Positions 1 to 14,289 of a DNA stretch of 64,000 nt are shown piece by piece. Source of the stretch: Eledone cirrhosa (Eukaryota); NCBI GenBank assembly GCA_964016885.1, contig OZ024743.1, positions 341,806,001 through 341,870,000 on the forward strand, written 5' to 3'. The notes below the pieces were generated by a model. That model did not search any database. It was not told the origin of the DNA and worked only from the letters and a program-made list of their open reading frames with translations. A program made the translations under genes and the position numbers. Numbering within the stretch: the stretch's first letter is position 1; each line of letters starts with the position of its first letter.

Positions 1-98
1 GCGGACCCTGATATATATATATATACACACATATATATATATACATATATATATATATAAATTACATAATTATCAAAGTTATGTTCAAATCATTTAAT

Positions 99-145
99 TG
101 CTGACAATCGTTTCTTCCAAACTTTCGTTTGGGGTCATCGGAGCA
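99..145 (-). ncRNA. Minimal type I hammerhead ribozyme (U4C core), 5' inverted pLTR copy
   Basis: Reverse complement reads tgct-CCGATGA-ccccaaacgaaagtttggaa-GAAA-cgattg-TC-agca. Confidence 0.7.
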
Positions 146-349
146 TTAAGCAATGTTTGTACATATAATTAACCTCCTATTCAACTGAACAATCATATAA
201 AACATATATATTGCTGTTGCGAACAAGAGTTTCGTATTTACAGGGTGTAATGGATGCGACATATATTATGCGAGAATAGTACAAAAATTCAAATTCAAAT
301 TAAAAGCAGAGTGGAATACATGCGACAGATAATACAAGAGAATAGTCTT

Positions 350-2558
350 TTAAAAAGCCTCCTCACAACACCTTATTAAACTCTTTTGAAAATGATCTAA
401 TAAAACAAGTTAAGAACATAAGGTACAAAAAACATCGTAATAGAAACAACACCTTCTTAAACAACCTTAACTCCACTATTAAAGGATTTAATAAAAAAAA
501 AAAATTCTAGTACATGCAGATAAAACTAATAATATATATAGCTTAGATTACGATCCGTATAGAAAATTTATATATAAAGAACTGCATAGGAGCTATAAGA
601 AAACTAGTAATAAAACCTAGAAGATATACATATAGAAGGCCGTAGGATAGTGTGTAAATTGGGACTTCAGAGACATACACAGCCATACATCCCTAACCCC
701 CCAAGATTCTCTCTGAAGGACCATAAAGACGAGTTCATTAGTAACCCTTCGATAAGTCTAATTTGCCCTTCCAAATCTGACATTGGTATTATCAGCAAGA
801 AAATATTAGATAGAATCATCCCACAATTTAAGCACAAAATATATCTTAACCAATGAGGAAATACAGGTGAAGTTATTGAATGGTTCATGGATATTAAAGA
901 GAATAATAAAAAAAATTATACAATTTGATATCAATTCATACTACACCTCTATTTCTCATATCCTATTAAATAAGGCTTTAATTATGGCCATGAAGAATAG
1001 TGACCTGACTAGATTCCAAATTGATGTCATACTTGCGGCCCGAAAAACGATAATTACAAGATCAATTATAGATACGGATAACAACTTTGACATAACTATG
1101 AGATCTAGTGACTCGGTGGGCCTATATCTACTAAATGAAGTTCATAAGAACCTACCCTACCTCAATGGTGGTTTATACCACGATAATGCACTACTCCTAA
1201 TAGACTATAAATAATTTATATAGAAAGAAGTAGGAAAAAATTACATAACATTTTCAAAAACTTCAACTTAAGTACTACCTTAGATAAAAACACTAAAAAC
1301 GTTAACTTCCATGATGCTACCATCTGCCTGGACTCTAAAATATATACACCCTTTCATAAACCAAACGAAAAACTAATTTATGTGGATACCAACTCTAATC
1401 ACCCTCAATCCATATTAAACTCAATTACTAAAGATATATCTAATACAATCTCTAATCTATCATATAATGAAACCATATTTAACAATAATTCCCAATACTA
1501 TAATGAGGCCTTAGCTAAATTAGGCCATACAAATGGGATTGCATTTCTACCTATAAAATCACATAGTTACAACATTATTTCTCACAATATAGCTATGAGA
1601 AAAAATAATAAAAGTACTAGCCACTCTAACTCTAATACGAAGGGTAATATCAAACTTAACTCGCACCAAAGTAAACACACCAATAAGGAATACAAATACC
1701 TCAAAAAATATTACAAAAACCAAAAATAGAAGAATAATACATTCTTCAATCCCCCCTTTCAATCTAAACGTCTCTACCAACTTGCCTAAGACTTTCTTCT
1801 CAATCCTGGAAAAAAACTTCCCACCCGGCCACAAATACCATAATCTTATCACTAAAAATACGATTAAAATCTCTTACTCTACCACACCTAACATCGCATA
1901 TCATATAGCTAGTAGTAATAAAAGGAAGATTAATAATTATTTTCAACTAATTAAAACACAACAGGAGGTAAACTTAGTACCTGTAAATTCTAGTAGTAAT
2001 AGTAATAATGGTAATAGCACTAATGAAATCAATAACAATAGGAACGACAACCATCTTTACCCTAATGCTATCCCTAGCAACCAGACTTCTACACAACATA
2101 GTAACCGGCAAGCAAACATCCAGAATAAATGTAACTGTAGAGCTAATAGAACTTACCCCTTTGGTAATAATTGCTTAATCAAAGACATCATTTACTCATG
2201 CACGCTCAACGCAAACAACTCTTCTAAAACATATATTGGGTCTACTTCGAACTGCTTCAAAACGAGATACAACTCGCACTTCCACTCTTTCAAAAATCAC
2301 AATCTAGCCAACTGCACTGCTTTATCTAGCTACATACACTCTCTGAAAACTAAGACTAGCCCAATAACACTTCAATGGGAAGTAGTAGGTAGGGCCACAT
2401 CGTATAAACCACCGAATAAATTGTGTAACCTCTGTCTTCTAGAGACCCGTACTATAATATTTTTGAAACTAGGCCTCCTAAATAGAAAATCAGAGGTATT
2501 TTCCTCCTGCCAGCACCACTACCTACACTCGTTCCATAACTTTAAACCTAGCTGCTAG
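350..2558 (+). pseudogene. PLE RT + GIY-YIG endonuclease pseudogene (frameshifts and stops)
   Basis: Motifs ADKTNNIY, SLKDHK..NP, QFDINSYY, FDITMRSSDS, GGLYHDN (decayed YRDD), linker CNCR..PFGNNC, IIY..YIGSTSNCFKTRYNSH, CNLCLLE, LNRKSE..CQH. Confidence 0.88.
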
Positions 2559-3045
2559 TATATAACAATGTCAGATTTACACTTCACTTCTAGGACTTAT
2601 CAGCCCCCACAGCATCACACTCTTTAATCAGCTCTTTCCTCTACACAACTCCTATTTATCTCAAACCTTATACTGTACAATAACTATTAGAAATAAACAT
2701 GAAGTTACCACCTTTTAATATAACTACTATAGCTTACTTATATTATATACAGTAATGGATATATAATAGGTAGAGACATTTAATGTAATATATATATAAT
2801 ATATATATATAATTAAATTAATAGCATTTTATATAAGGGATTAACTTTTAACAAAATATAATGTATATTATTAACACAAAAGATTTAACTAATTGGACAT
2901 GTAAACAGCTATACATTTTTCCATAACTTATATCTTGTCCAATAATGGATAGATAACAATTTAATGAGACCTTTAATGTATTATAGGAAAATAGACTGTA
3001 TTTAAAAATTGGTATAAATATATAACATTATGTAACATAGATATT

Positions 3046-3420
3046 GGTGGATTGGCAGTATCGGTAGAGGGTCGGACGCCATGCTTTGACGCATTGAGTT
3101 ACGGCCCTTGCCATTCTGAGTTCAAATCCCGCCGAGGTTAACTTTGCCTTTCATCCTTACGGGGTCGATAAAATAAAGTACTAGTAATACGCTGGGTAAT
3201 TGCTGGCCTTGTGCCTAAAGTAGAAACAATTATGTAAAATAGATTATATCGATACTGCGGTGGATTGGCAGTATCGATAGAGGATCGGACGCCATGCTTT
3301 CCAGCATAGTTACGTCCTTTTACGATATGAGTTCAAATCCCGCCTTTCATCCTTACGGGGGTCGATAAAATAAAGTACCGGTAATGCACTGGGTAATTGC
3401 TGGCCTTGTAGAAACAATTA
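3046..3420 (+). mobile_element. Two tandem tRNA-derived SINE copies (3046-3232, 3257-3420) inside the PLE-1 3' region
   Basis: B-box-like GAGTTCAAATCCC and core gcctttcatccttacggggtcgataaaataaagtac shared with more than 10 dispersed copies in the window. Confidence 0.85.
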
Positions 3421-4198
3421 TGTAAAAGAGATTCACTTGTATCACAATATAATGTGTATTAGAGCAAATAATTTAAATAATTGATATTCTCCTATATATT
3501 TTAATTTAATCTAATTAGCTAGTTACCTCCCCTTACGCATTAGATCCCCTTAATCTTGGATCTCATACTCACTTCCGGATATTAAACCGTTAGAAAAACT
3601 CCTGTGGGACAACTCTAATCCCTGAATAAGACCAATTTACAATCTATTGCTGTATCTAACTAAAAACATTAAATATAAACATTAACTAAAATATAATTTA
3701 ACATATGTAATGGAAAAGATAACAATAACTTTGATATTCTCAGCACATACAAATTTGAACACTACAGTAACTATCATCACATTACATCCACCATAATTTT
3801 TTAATACACTAACACATTTGCTTGGTATTTTATGTGATACCTTTGCCATACAATATTTATTTATTCATTTATATATGCCTAATACCTTTGCTTGCTTCCT
3901 TCTCATATATATGACTAACGCATGTTCACTCTCTACACGCTTGCATATGTACTGCTAGTGTCCTCATTCTTTCTTAATGCCTCTTTAATTATTAAACTAT
4001 TCTCTTGTATTATCAGTCGCATGTATTCCACTCTATGCTTTTAATTTTAATTTGAATTTTTGTACAATTCTCGTATAATATATGTCGCATCCAATACATC
4101 CTGTAAATACGAAACTGTTGTCCACAATATCAATATATATGTATCTATATGATTGTTCCGTTGAATAGGAGGTTAATTATATGTACAAACATTGGTAA

Positions 4199-4245
4199 TG
4201 CTCCGATGACGCCAAACGAAAGTTTGGAAGAAACAATTGTCAGCA
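4199..4245 (+). ncRNA. Minimal type I hammerhead ribozyme (U4C core) at the PLE-1 3' end
   Basis: tgct-CCGATGA-cg-ccaaac gaaa gtttgg-aa-GAAA-caattg-TC-agca: stem I tgct/agca, GNRA-capped stem II, palindromic stem III. Confidence 0.75.
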
Positions 4246-4441
4246 ACAAAGGAGGTGTGGTAAGGAATCAGATAGACCATAACGCACCATAGTACTCATT
4301 ACTTAGGGTAGTAGAGTGGGTAAATAGGAAATGATTAACCCCGACGGCAGAGCTCAAGCGGTTACGAGGGCTATTTCTGGACTACAGAAATAGCCGTCCA
4401 AACGGCTTGAGCTCTGCCGTCGAGGTTAAACATTTTCCTAT
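4245..4441 (-). repeat. Short hairpin-bearing dispersed repeat with an internal palindrome (arms 4325-4379 / 4385-4440)
   Basis: Homologous copies at 36811-36950 (+) and 47677-47810. Confidence 0.7.
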
Positions 4442-4523
4442 ATATATATATTAGCTTTGTATTTAACATAGTTCAGTGTCTTTCTTTCATCCAATCTTCC
4501 AAACCCTTGACACCCACCCACAA

Positions 4524-4658
<135 letters not shown>

Positions 4659-4711
4659 TAAACAAATAATGAATAAACAATGAGACAGTTCCTTATATTA
4701 AACAAAAAAAG

Positions 4712-4865
4712 TTCATTATTTAACGATCGTTTCTAGGATATATATGTGTTAGAATTGGCATGCATATTCAACAGATCTATGTACAAAATTATACAAAATT
4801 ATACAAACTATCAAGATTAAATATACATACCAACACATATATACGCCGTCTTCAGAAATAATGAA
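4712..4865 (-). ncRNA. Hammerhead ribozyme with a 115-nt stem II (3' pLTR of PLE-2)
   Basis: Reverse complement of the copy at 10814-10967. Confidence 0.7.
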
Positions 4866-5498
4866 GTATATTTATTGATAATAACAACAATTCAAAATTT
4901 CAGGTCCGTTTGGGAACAAAATTGACCAATGAAAACACAAAGGGTTAAATGCAGTTCGGTGTGTGTATATACATGTAAAACCCTTACACATATTTTACAA
5001 AAATGTATGTATAATTTGTATACGCATACTAAAAGGATGGATGCAAATACAAAATTTCAAGGTTAATGTCTCTGTAAGTTTATAATGCACAGATAAGATG
5101 CGTATAGACACACAAATATGAAATTAAGTATATAAATATATTTTTTCATACTCACATATATCCGTACAATCACACATACACGCGCGTATATGCATAAATA
5201 TACACATAACCACGAACATACAAACACACACACACCCCCACTCACATTTATATATGTGGATATAAAATCATAAGCACATGGATATTAATTCACTCACATA
5301 AACACTGGCACACACATTTAGATCAAGATACAGAAATTAGGTGGGAGGGGGGGGGGAGAGGTCAGTATTCAACGGTAAGAGCAGACTGCCTAATATAGAT
5401 GTATCTATAAACTAAGAAAATAAAAAATAATAAATAATAAATAAACATTAAAGAGGAAAGAATAGAAAGAAAAAAGAAAAAAGAAATATATCAAGAAA

Positions 5499-7740
<2,242 letters not shown>

Positions 7741-8277
7741 AGATGATAATAGTATGGGGGAAAGGGGGGGTTTGGAGAAGGGGATCATAGTAAATATATG
7801 TTTCAAGAAACATAGAATATTTTCCGTATCTTGATCCAATGTATGTTTTTACATAGTTTCAGTGTTAGGAAATACAATAAACAAGAAATAAGGCAAAATC
7901 TATGCATCTCAAAATAAACAAGTATACCATTAATTATAATTAAATTTTTAGGTTGATTAAAATTAAAACCAAATTATAAATATATTTCTAAAATGTATAT
8001 TAATTAGGTCTATAATACTAAAAATTATTTCTCTGTCATTGGATACACGATATTATTTTGTTATATTTTATCTGTAAAAGAATTATAATAAAAGGTTTAA
8101 ATAAATTAAAATTAATCTATAAATTAAATTACTAAGTATATATTAGTAATATTTAAAGGTTTTTCACAATTTATGATTACATAATATTTTATATTCTCAT
8201 CTGTAATAAAATTTTAATTAAATTAAATTTATAGGTTAACTAACATTTAAATTAAATTAATTTCTAAAATAATGTTA

Positions 8278-9955
8278 TTAATTAGGTTTATAATATTTAA
8301 ATGTTTTTTTTAGTTTATGATTACACGATATAATTAATTCCTGTCGTTTATTTAATAAGATATCCTTAGACTTCATTATTTCAAATAGTTCTTGGGAACA
8401 TAATCTACATTCATTTCTATTATTTTGATAAGGGGTGGCTCTTTTGAGCACACTCCAGGTCAAATCATATTCTATATTCTTATTTTTATAACTATTGATT
8501 TTTTCTGCTAGAGATGTTGTATTAGCCAGTGCGGCATTTTTAAAACTATGCTTGTGGGTATTAAACCTTGTCTTAAAATTGTTAGAGGTAGCTCCTATAT
8601 ATGAGCAAATAGAATCTTTAGTTTTAACATTACATTTATAGACTATGTTGTTAACAAGACAATTCCCTTTTAATGGGCAGTTTGCTTTGTTTCTACAGTT
8701 ACATCCTTTCGTTAATTCTGTATTTGAGGAGATATTATGGTTAATTTGATGTACTGGTGGTATACTTATGGTTTTCTTACATTTATATGCATTATAGGCA
8801 CTTATATTTTGTTTTATGTTATTTGTTGTAGAGTATGAGAATTTAACTGTAGACCTATTTAAGATTTGATGGTATTTGTGGTTTGGCGGGAAGTTTTTCT
8901 CAAGGATATAAAAAAATTTTTTAGCAATATTATCCTTAACTTGTAAATTAAATGGAGCATTATACCAAGTAACCCGTCTATTACGGTTTCTATGTTGTTT
9001 ATTATTTTTATTATTTTTATAGGTTGTATCGTGATTTTTACTAGGAGGATTAATGTTAATGATCTCACCACAACCATTTTTAGTTATATTTGTAGATTTA
9101 GGTGTTTTATCCTTTTTATTAGGAGTTTTATTATTAATATTTATTAGAGTTGTATGATGAGTAGTTTTTTGAGAGTTACTATACTTTATATTAGAAGATT
9201 TGGTATTTTGGGGTATAGTGTGGGTGGCATTTAGGTGTGTACTTTTCATTTGGTGTTTGTTGGTAATATTATGTTGTATGCTTTCAGTATTTTTAGTAGA
9301 AGGTATATACTCTAATCTATTTTTGTGGCCACTTCTATCTAGAGCTTAGTTATAGAAGGTCGCATTTTTATCAAATACATCTTGGTTAGAAGAAAGGTTA
9401 GAAATTCTAAGTGATATATTATATGCAAGGTTTTTAAGGATAGATTTAGGGTGATTAGATTGTGAGTGTATGTAATGTAAGTTTTGGTTAGGTTTATGGT
9501 AAGGTTGGTAGATACCCGTAGCTAAATCTAAAGTTATATCTAGGAAATTTACTACTTTACTTGTTTTTTCAAAAGTAATATTAAGATTATAATAGTCTTT
9601 AAGGAAAGTTCTAATATGTTTTTTGTTTTTTTCAATTTCTGAAAGGCTAAGGTTGTTAGAAAGAAGAAGACAGTCATCACGATATAAACCACCTTTGAGG
9701 TGGGGAAAAGAGGCATTTATGTTGAAAAGGAGAAAGAGGCCCACAAGATCAGTAATTTGGGCGGAATCGCTTGAACCCATAGTAATATCAAAAAGATTAC
9801 TATATGTGTTTCTGGTCCAGTATTCATTCTGAAATTCAATAAGTGTTAGTCTAGCATGTGTAATAATATTAATGTCATCCAAAGTTAAGTTAGATCTATT
9901 TTTAGCAAATATCAATGCTTTGTTCAGGAGTATAGGTGATATAGAAGAATAGTAA
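8278..9955 (-). pseudogene. PLE RT (YRDD intact) + GIY-YIG endonuclease, 5'-truncated, frameshift near 9346
   Basis: [95 protein letters not shown]. Confidence 0.92.
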
Positions 9956-10092
9956 TATGTGTATATGTATGTATGTGTGTATATGTATATGTTTATATAT
10001 GTGTGTGTACGTATGTTCTTAGTGTGGATGTGTGTATATGTATGTATGTGTTTGTATATGTGTGTATATATATGTATGTGTGTGTGTGTGTC

Positions 10093-10179
<87 letters not shown>

Positions 10180-10813
10180 TTTCTTGATATATTTCTTTTT
10201 TCTTTTTTCTTTCTATTCTTTCCTCTTTAATGTTTATTTATTATTTATTATTTTTTATTTTCTTAGTTTATAGATACATCTATATTAGGCAGTCTGCTCT
10301 GACCGTTGAATACTGACCTCTCCCCCCCCCCCCTCCCACCTAATTTCTGTATCTTGATCTAAATGTGTGTGCCAGTGTTTATGTGAGTGAATTAATATCC
10401 ATGTGCTTATGATTTTATATCCACATATATAAATGTGAGTGGGGGTGTGTGTGTGTTTGTATGTTCGTGGTTATGTGTATATTTATGCATATACGCGCGT
10501 GTATGTGTGATTGTACGGATATGTGTGAGTATGAAAAAATATATTTATATACTTAATTTCATATTTGTGTGTCTATACGCATCTTATCTGTGCATTATAA
10601 ACTTACAGAGACATTAACCTTGAAATTTTGTATTTGCATCCATCCTTTTAGTATGCGTATACAAATTATACATACATTTTTGTAAAATATTGTAAGGGTT
10701 TTACATGTATATACACACACCGAACTGCATTTAACCCTTTGTGTTTTCATTGGTCAATTTTGTTCCCAAACGGACCTGAAATTTTGAATTGTTGTTATTA
10801 TCAATAAATATAC

Positions 10814-10967
10814 TTCATTATTTCTGAAGACGGCGTATATATGTGTTGGTATGTATATTTAATCTTGATAGTTTGTATAATTTTGTATAATTTTGTACAT
10901 AGATCTGTTGAATATGCATGCCAATTCTAACACATATATATCCTAGAAACGATCGTTAAATAATGAA
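10814..10967 (+). ncRNA. Hammerhead ribozyme with a 115-nt stem II (inverted pLTR of PLE-2)
   Basis: ttcattattt-CTGAAGA-[10831-10945 long hairpin]-GAAA-cgatcg-TT-aaataatgaa; perfect 10-bp stem I. Confidence 0.72.
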
Positions 10968-11194
10968 CTTTTTTTGTTTAATATAAGGAACTGTCTCATT
11001 GTTTATTCATTATTTGTTTAATATTTTATCTTGACTCTGTATACCGTTTATCTTTCACCGAAAGTGATTTTTCATTACATCTCTTCTTTCCATGATATCC
11101 GGAATACATTGAGTTCTTCATACGGATTGGACACTACCGTAAACTCTTGGTAGATTTATCTACATATATATATATATATATATTTATACATATT

Positions 11195-11965
11195 TATTAA
11201 AATAACAGATTAAAGTTTAAGCAAATAATCGCTGGTTTCACCCTTGACGGGATCTTCTGAAACTAACAAAGTCAATCTGTGTACTCAGAAGTGAATATTT
11301 CAAAACATTTTGCAACCGGAGGAAGACAGCAAGAGGATACTTTGGTTCGGGGAAGCGTTCCCTGGCAAAGAACGGGAAAAAACGAATATAATACATCATT
11401 ATATGGAGCGGTGAAAACCAATTACACGCAAAGGCAAAACCACGTTTATGGTATAAAAGATGTCGTAGACTAATGTTCTCTTAGGTGGTTCATAAAGACG
11501 TTCTCGGGTAATGAACGGAAAAAACGAAGATAATACGCCATATGTGGAGCGTGGAGAATAATTGCACGCAGAGACAAAAGCACGTAAAAGGTATAGCTGA
11601 AGTCGTAGACTAAAATTCTAACGAGGAAACCGAATGATTCTCCGCTTCAGAGTTAAGAATAAAGTAAATAAAATACAGAGGTAATTGAAATTAAATAAAT
11701 ACATAGACGCATCCATATACGTAGCATACATAGGAATACAAGCACACATAGGTATACAAATACACGCACATATAAATATGTGTGTGTGTGTGTGTGCGTG
11801 TATATAAATAAATAAATACGTATATAACAAGCGCACACAACACCTAGATGTAAATACACATATGTTCGGAGAACCACGTCAACCAAAACACAAAGTACAC
11901 ATATTTGATATATATTTATCCTTATCGAGCCCTCTTTGGATTTTAGTCTTCAAATTTATTATTAT

Positions 11966-11967
<2 letters not shown>
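11195..11967 (-). mobile_element. Non-coding ~770-bp element ending in a CAGAAGA-core hammerhead-like motif (11214-11264)
   Basis: Both ends match the short copy at 31909-32010; the 3' end also matches 47586-47660. Confidence 0.6.
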
Positions 11968-12005
<38 letters not shown>

Positions 12006-12212
12006 CGTTTCTGAATTTGTTTAACAAGATTCTTTATCTGAAAACGTGTGTTGAAACCGATATTGTTATACTTTGGGAGGGTCATGTTGCCAATAAGAAC
12101 ACACGCACCAGTTGCTTTCACTTCAATTTATTATAATAAATTTATAAATTTAGGAATTTATGAATTTCCGGTTGGTTGGTTGGTTCCATAATCAGATGGT
12201 TGTTTATACATT

Positions 12213-12255
12213 GTCAAAGTTCTTTCGTCACACATTCTGTGACCTCTTCAGTGAC
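12213..12255 (-). ncRNA. Minimal hammerhead ribozyme (PLE-3 3' pLTR)
   Basis: gtca-CTGAAGA-g-gtcac agaatgt gtgac-GAAA-gaac-TT-tgac. Confidence 0.75.
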
Positions 12256-12456
12256 TGGGGATTCTTTTCTTTGTTTTTGTGCCACTCCTTTGTTCTGTCC
12301 TACGCCATTTTGTTTCTGTGTGTGTGTTGTGTGCTCAGTCTGCACATGCGCCACATCCGGGTGTCTGTGTGTGTTCATATTCGTTTATTTATTTGTTTAT
12401 TTACATGTTACAGGTTGGTTGTTTGTTCTATGTGCGTGTGTGTTTTCATTTTGTCC

Positions 12457-13770
12457 TTAATTGTAAGTTGTGATGTTGCTGTTCCACTCATATTTTCTAT
12501 TTAATTTTGGTTGTAATTCTTTTATGTTTATTGCCTCTGTGATTTGTCTAAACATTTCGTCTTTTCTGTGTGTAGATTCTATTTTTATTTCTATGTTCTC
12601 TAATTTACCCTTATGTTCTATTTTAGCATGTTGGTAGAGTACAGATGATTCTTTACTATATTGAAGGTCTTGCCAGTGTTCATGTATCCGTTCGCCTTCA
12701 CTACGAGCTGTCTCACCTATGTACACCATATTTTTGTCTCTACATTGTCCTTCAGTACATCTTATGCTATATACTACATTTCTAGTTTTACAGTTAATAT
12801 GGGGGCTTAATTTACAGGTTATACATTTCTTATCTATACAGGGGGTCTTTGAAAAGGGTATGTCTTGCTAATAAGTGTTTTTACGGAGGTACCTGGTCTT
12901 TCTACTATCTTAATATTGAGTTTATGTTTGTCTAGGGCCCTTCTAAATTTGTAAGCTAATTCACCTCTAGGGGTTGTATCGATGAACATTACACTCTGGT
13001 ATGTATTGCCATCATACCATGAGTTTATTCTATTTGCCTTATTCCTAGTTCTTTCTATTCTATTCCAAAATTTGCTCCTATACATGGGGCAGGTCCCATT
13101 TGTGTCATTATTTACCATTTTTTCCCATTTGGTTCTGGCTCCTCTATACACTCTGATTTTATCTCTCTGATTGTAACCAGAGAACTGCATACGGTGGATG
13201 AAGTGTTGTATGTGTCTCTCTAGTTCCTCGGGGTTGCACATGCGAGACACGTTTCTCATCACCCGTACCAAATCCGCAATCAGTATGTTGATTTTGGTAT
13301 GGTCCGAAACAGCTGAGTTTCGGTGGATCAGATATTTGGAAGTCATGGGTTTGACATAATGGGAATGGAGGATTTGTTTTTGTTATTAATGATATCTAAC
13401 CAGAGCTCTGTGTCTAGTACAGGCAATCGATGGTTGGGGTGTTTACTTGGGTAGTCTATAGTAACTCTAATACTCTGGTGGATGGAGTTAGCTATTTGCT
13501 GGATGCTTTCCATCGTGTTTTTCTCTAATTCCTGACTGTTCTCTAGTGGGGGTGTTTTAACTACGATGTTTATATCATCAACGTAGCGGGAGTACATTAT
13601 CAGGGTTAAGGGGTCTTCTAATTGTTCTTTAAGTTTAAGTTTAATTCTTCTGTCCCACCATACCATGAATAAGTTAGCTATGTCGCCTGCAATGCTAACA
13701 CCAATGGCTTCTCCTTCCTCTTGGGCATATGTTTTTCCATTAAATTTGAACATATGTTCCTTAAGGGTTA
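12457..13770 (-). pseudogene. PLE RT + GIY-YIG pseudogene
   Basis: GEAIGVSIAGDIANLFM, YSRYVDDI, LPVLDTELW, linker PCIDKKCITC..NCKTRNVVYSIRC..C, then VYIGETARSEGERIHEH, RQITEAINI..LNRKYEW. Confidence 0.88.
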
Positions 13771-13909
13771 ATAAATAAATAAACGAATATAAACACACAC
13801 AGACACCCGGATGTGGCGCATGCGCAGACTGAGTACACAACACACACAGAAACAAAATGACGTAGGACAGAACAAAGGAGAGGCACAAAAACAAAGAAAA
13901 GAATCCCCA

Positions 13910-13952
13910 GTCACTGAAGAGGTCACAGAATGTGTGACGAAAGAACTTTGAC
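13910..13952 (+). ncRNA. Minimal hammerhead ribozyme (PLE-3 inverted pLTR)
   Basis: gtca-CTGAAGA-ggtcacagaatgtgtgac-GAAA-gaac-TT-tgac. Confidence 0.75.
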
Positions 13953-14098
13953 AATATATAAACAACCATCTGATTATGGAACCAACCAACCAACCGGAAA
14001 TTTATAAATTCCTAAATTTATAAATTTATTATAATAAATTGAAGTGAAAGCAACTGGTGCGTGTGTTTCTTATTGGCAACATGACCCTCCCAAAGTAT

Positions 14099-14148
<50 letters not shown>

Positions 14149-14248
14149 ACTTTGCTTGTTTCACGTATTATGTTATTTGTGGACATCACTTTCATTTGTT
14201 CTAATGAAATATATCGCCTCAAACAATTAGTCATTTTTATTTTGTCAG

Positions 14249-14289
14249 ATCACCTTGTATGTTGTGGCTACTGAGGACCAGCTGCAGCG
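14249..14289 (+). CDS. Putative internal coding exon of an unidentified host gene (ITLYVVATEDQLQ/R)
   Basis: Acceptor tttttattttgtcag, donor CG|gtgaga; 41 nt, phase 2, compatible with the exon at 15736. Confidence 0.45.

Larger units (their letters stand above)
97..4246 (+). mobile_element. Penelope-like retroelement PLE-1 (Naiad-like), decayed, with inverted pseudo-LTR arms 97-346 / 3996-4246
   Basis: Interrupted RT and GIY-YIG ORF fragments at 350-2558. The ~250-bp ends are reverse complements and each carries a hammerhead motif. Confidence 0.88.
12000..14106 (-). mobile_element. Penelope-like retroelement PLE-3 (Cys-rich linker, Neptune-like), 5'-truncated, inverted pLTR 12060-12397 / 13770-14106
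   Basis: RT and GIY-YIG fragments; ~340-bp inverted arms, each with a minimal hammerhead. Confidence 0.88.

Noticed and set aside
845-870. In-frame TGA in the Naiad-like PLE-1 RT as possible selenocysteine (some Naiads are reported to encode selenoproteins)
   Set aside because: The TGA falls where a Trp is expected (NQW motif), so it is probably TGG>TGA decay. The conserved Cys positions in PLE-1, PLE-2 and PLE-4 translate as ordinary Cys, and I could not identify a SECIS.
3110-3135. tRNA genes suggested by GAGTTCAAATCCC B-boxes
   Set aside because: No cloverleaf; each is followed by the SINE core, so these are SINE heads.
97-4246. Reading the long inverted termini as DNA-transposon TIRs
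   Set aside because: The enclosed ORFs are RT/GIY-YIG and the arms are copies of the hammerhead-bearing 3' end, typical of PLE inverted pseudo-LTRs.
11350-11613. CRISPR-like or other prokaryotic repeat-spacer array
   Set aside because: Only two long diverged units in eukaryotic context; no repeat-spacer periodicity or cas genes anywhere in the window.
13770-13993. Hydrophobic N-terminus of ORF 13343-13993
   Set aside because: It is read-through from the inverted pLTR fused to the truncated RT; the same peptide appears at 12160-12504.
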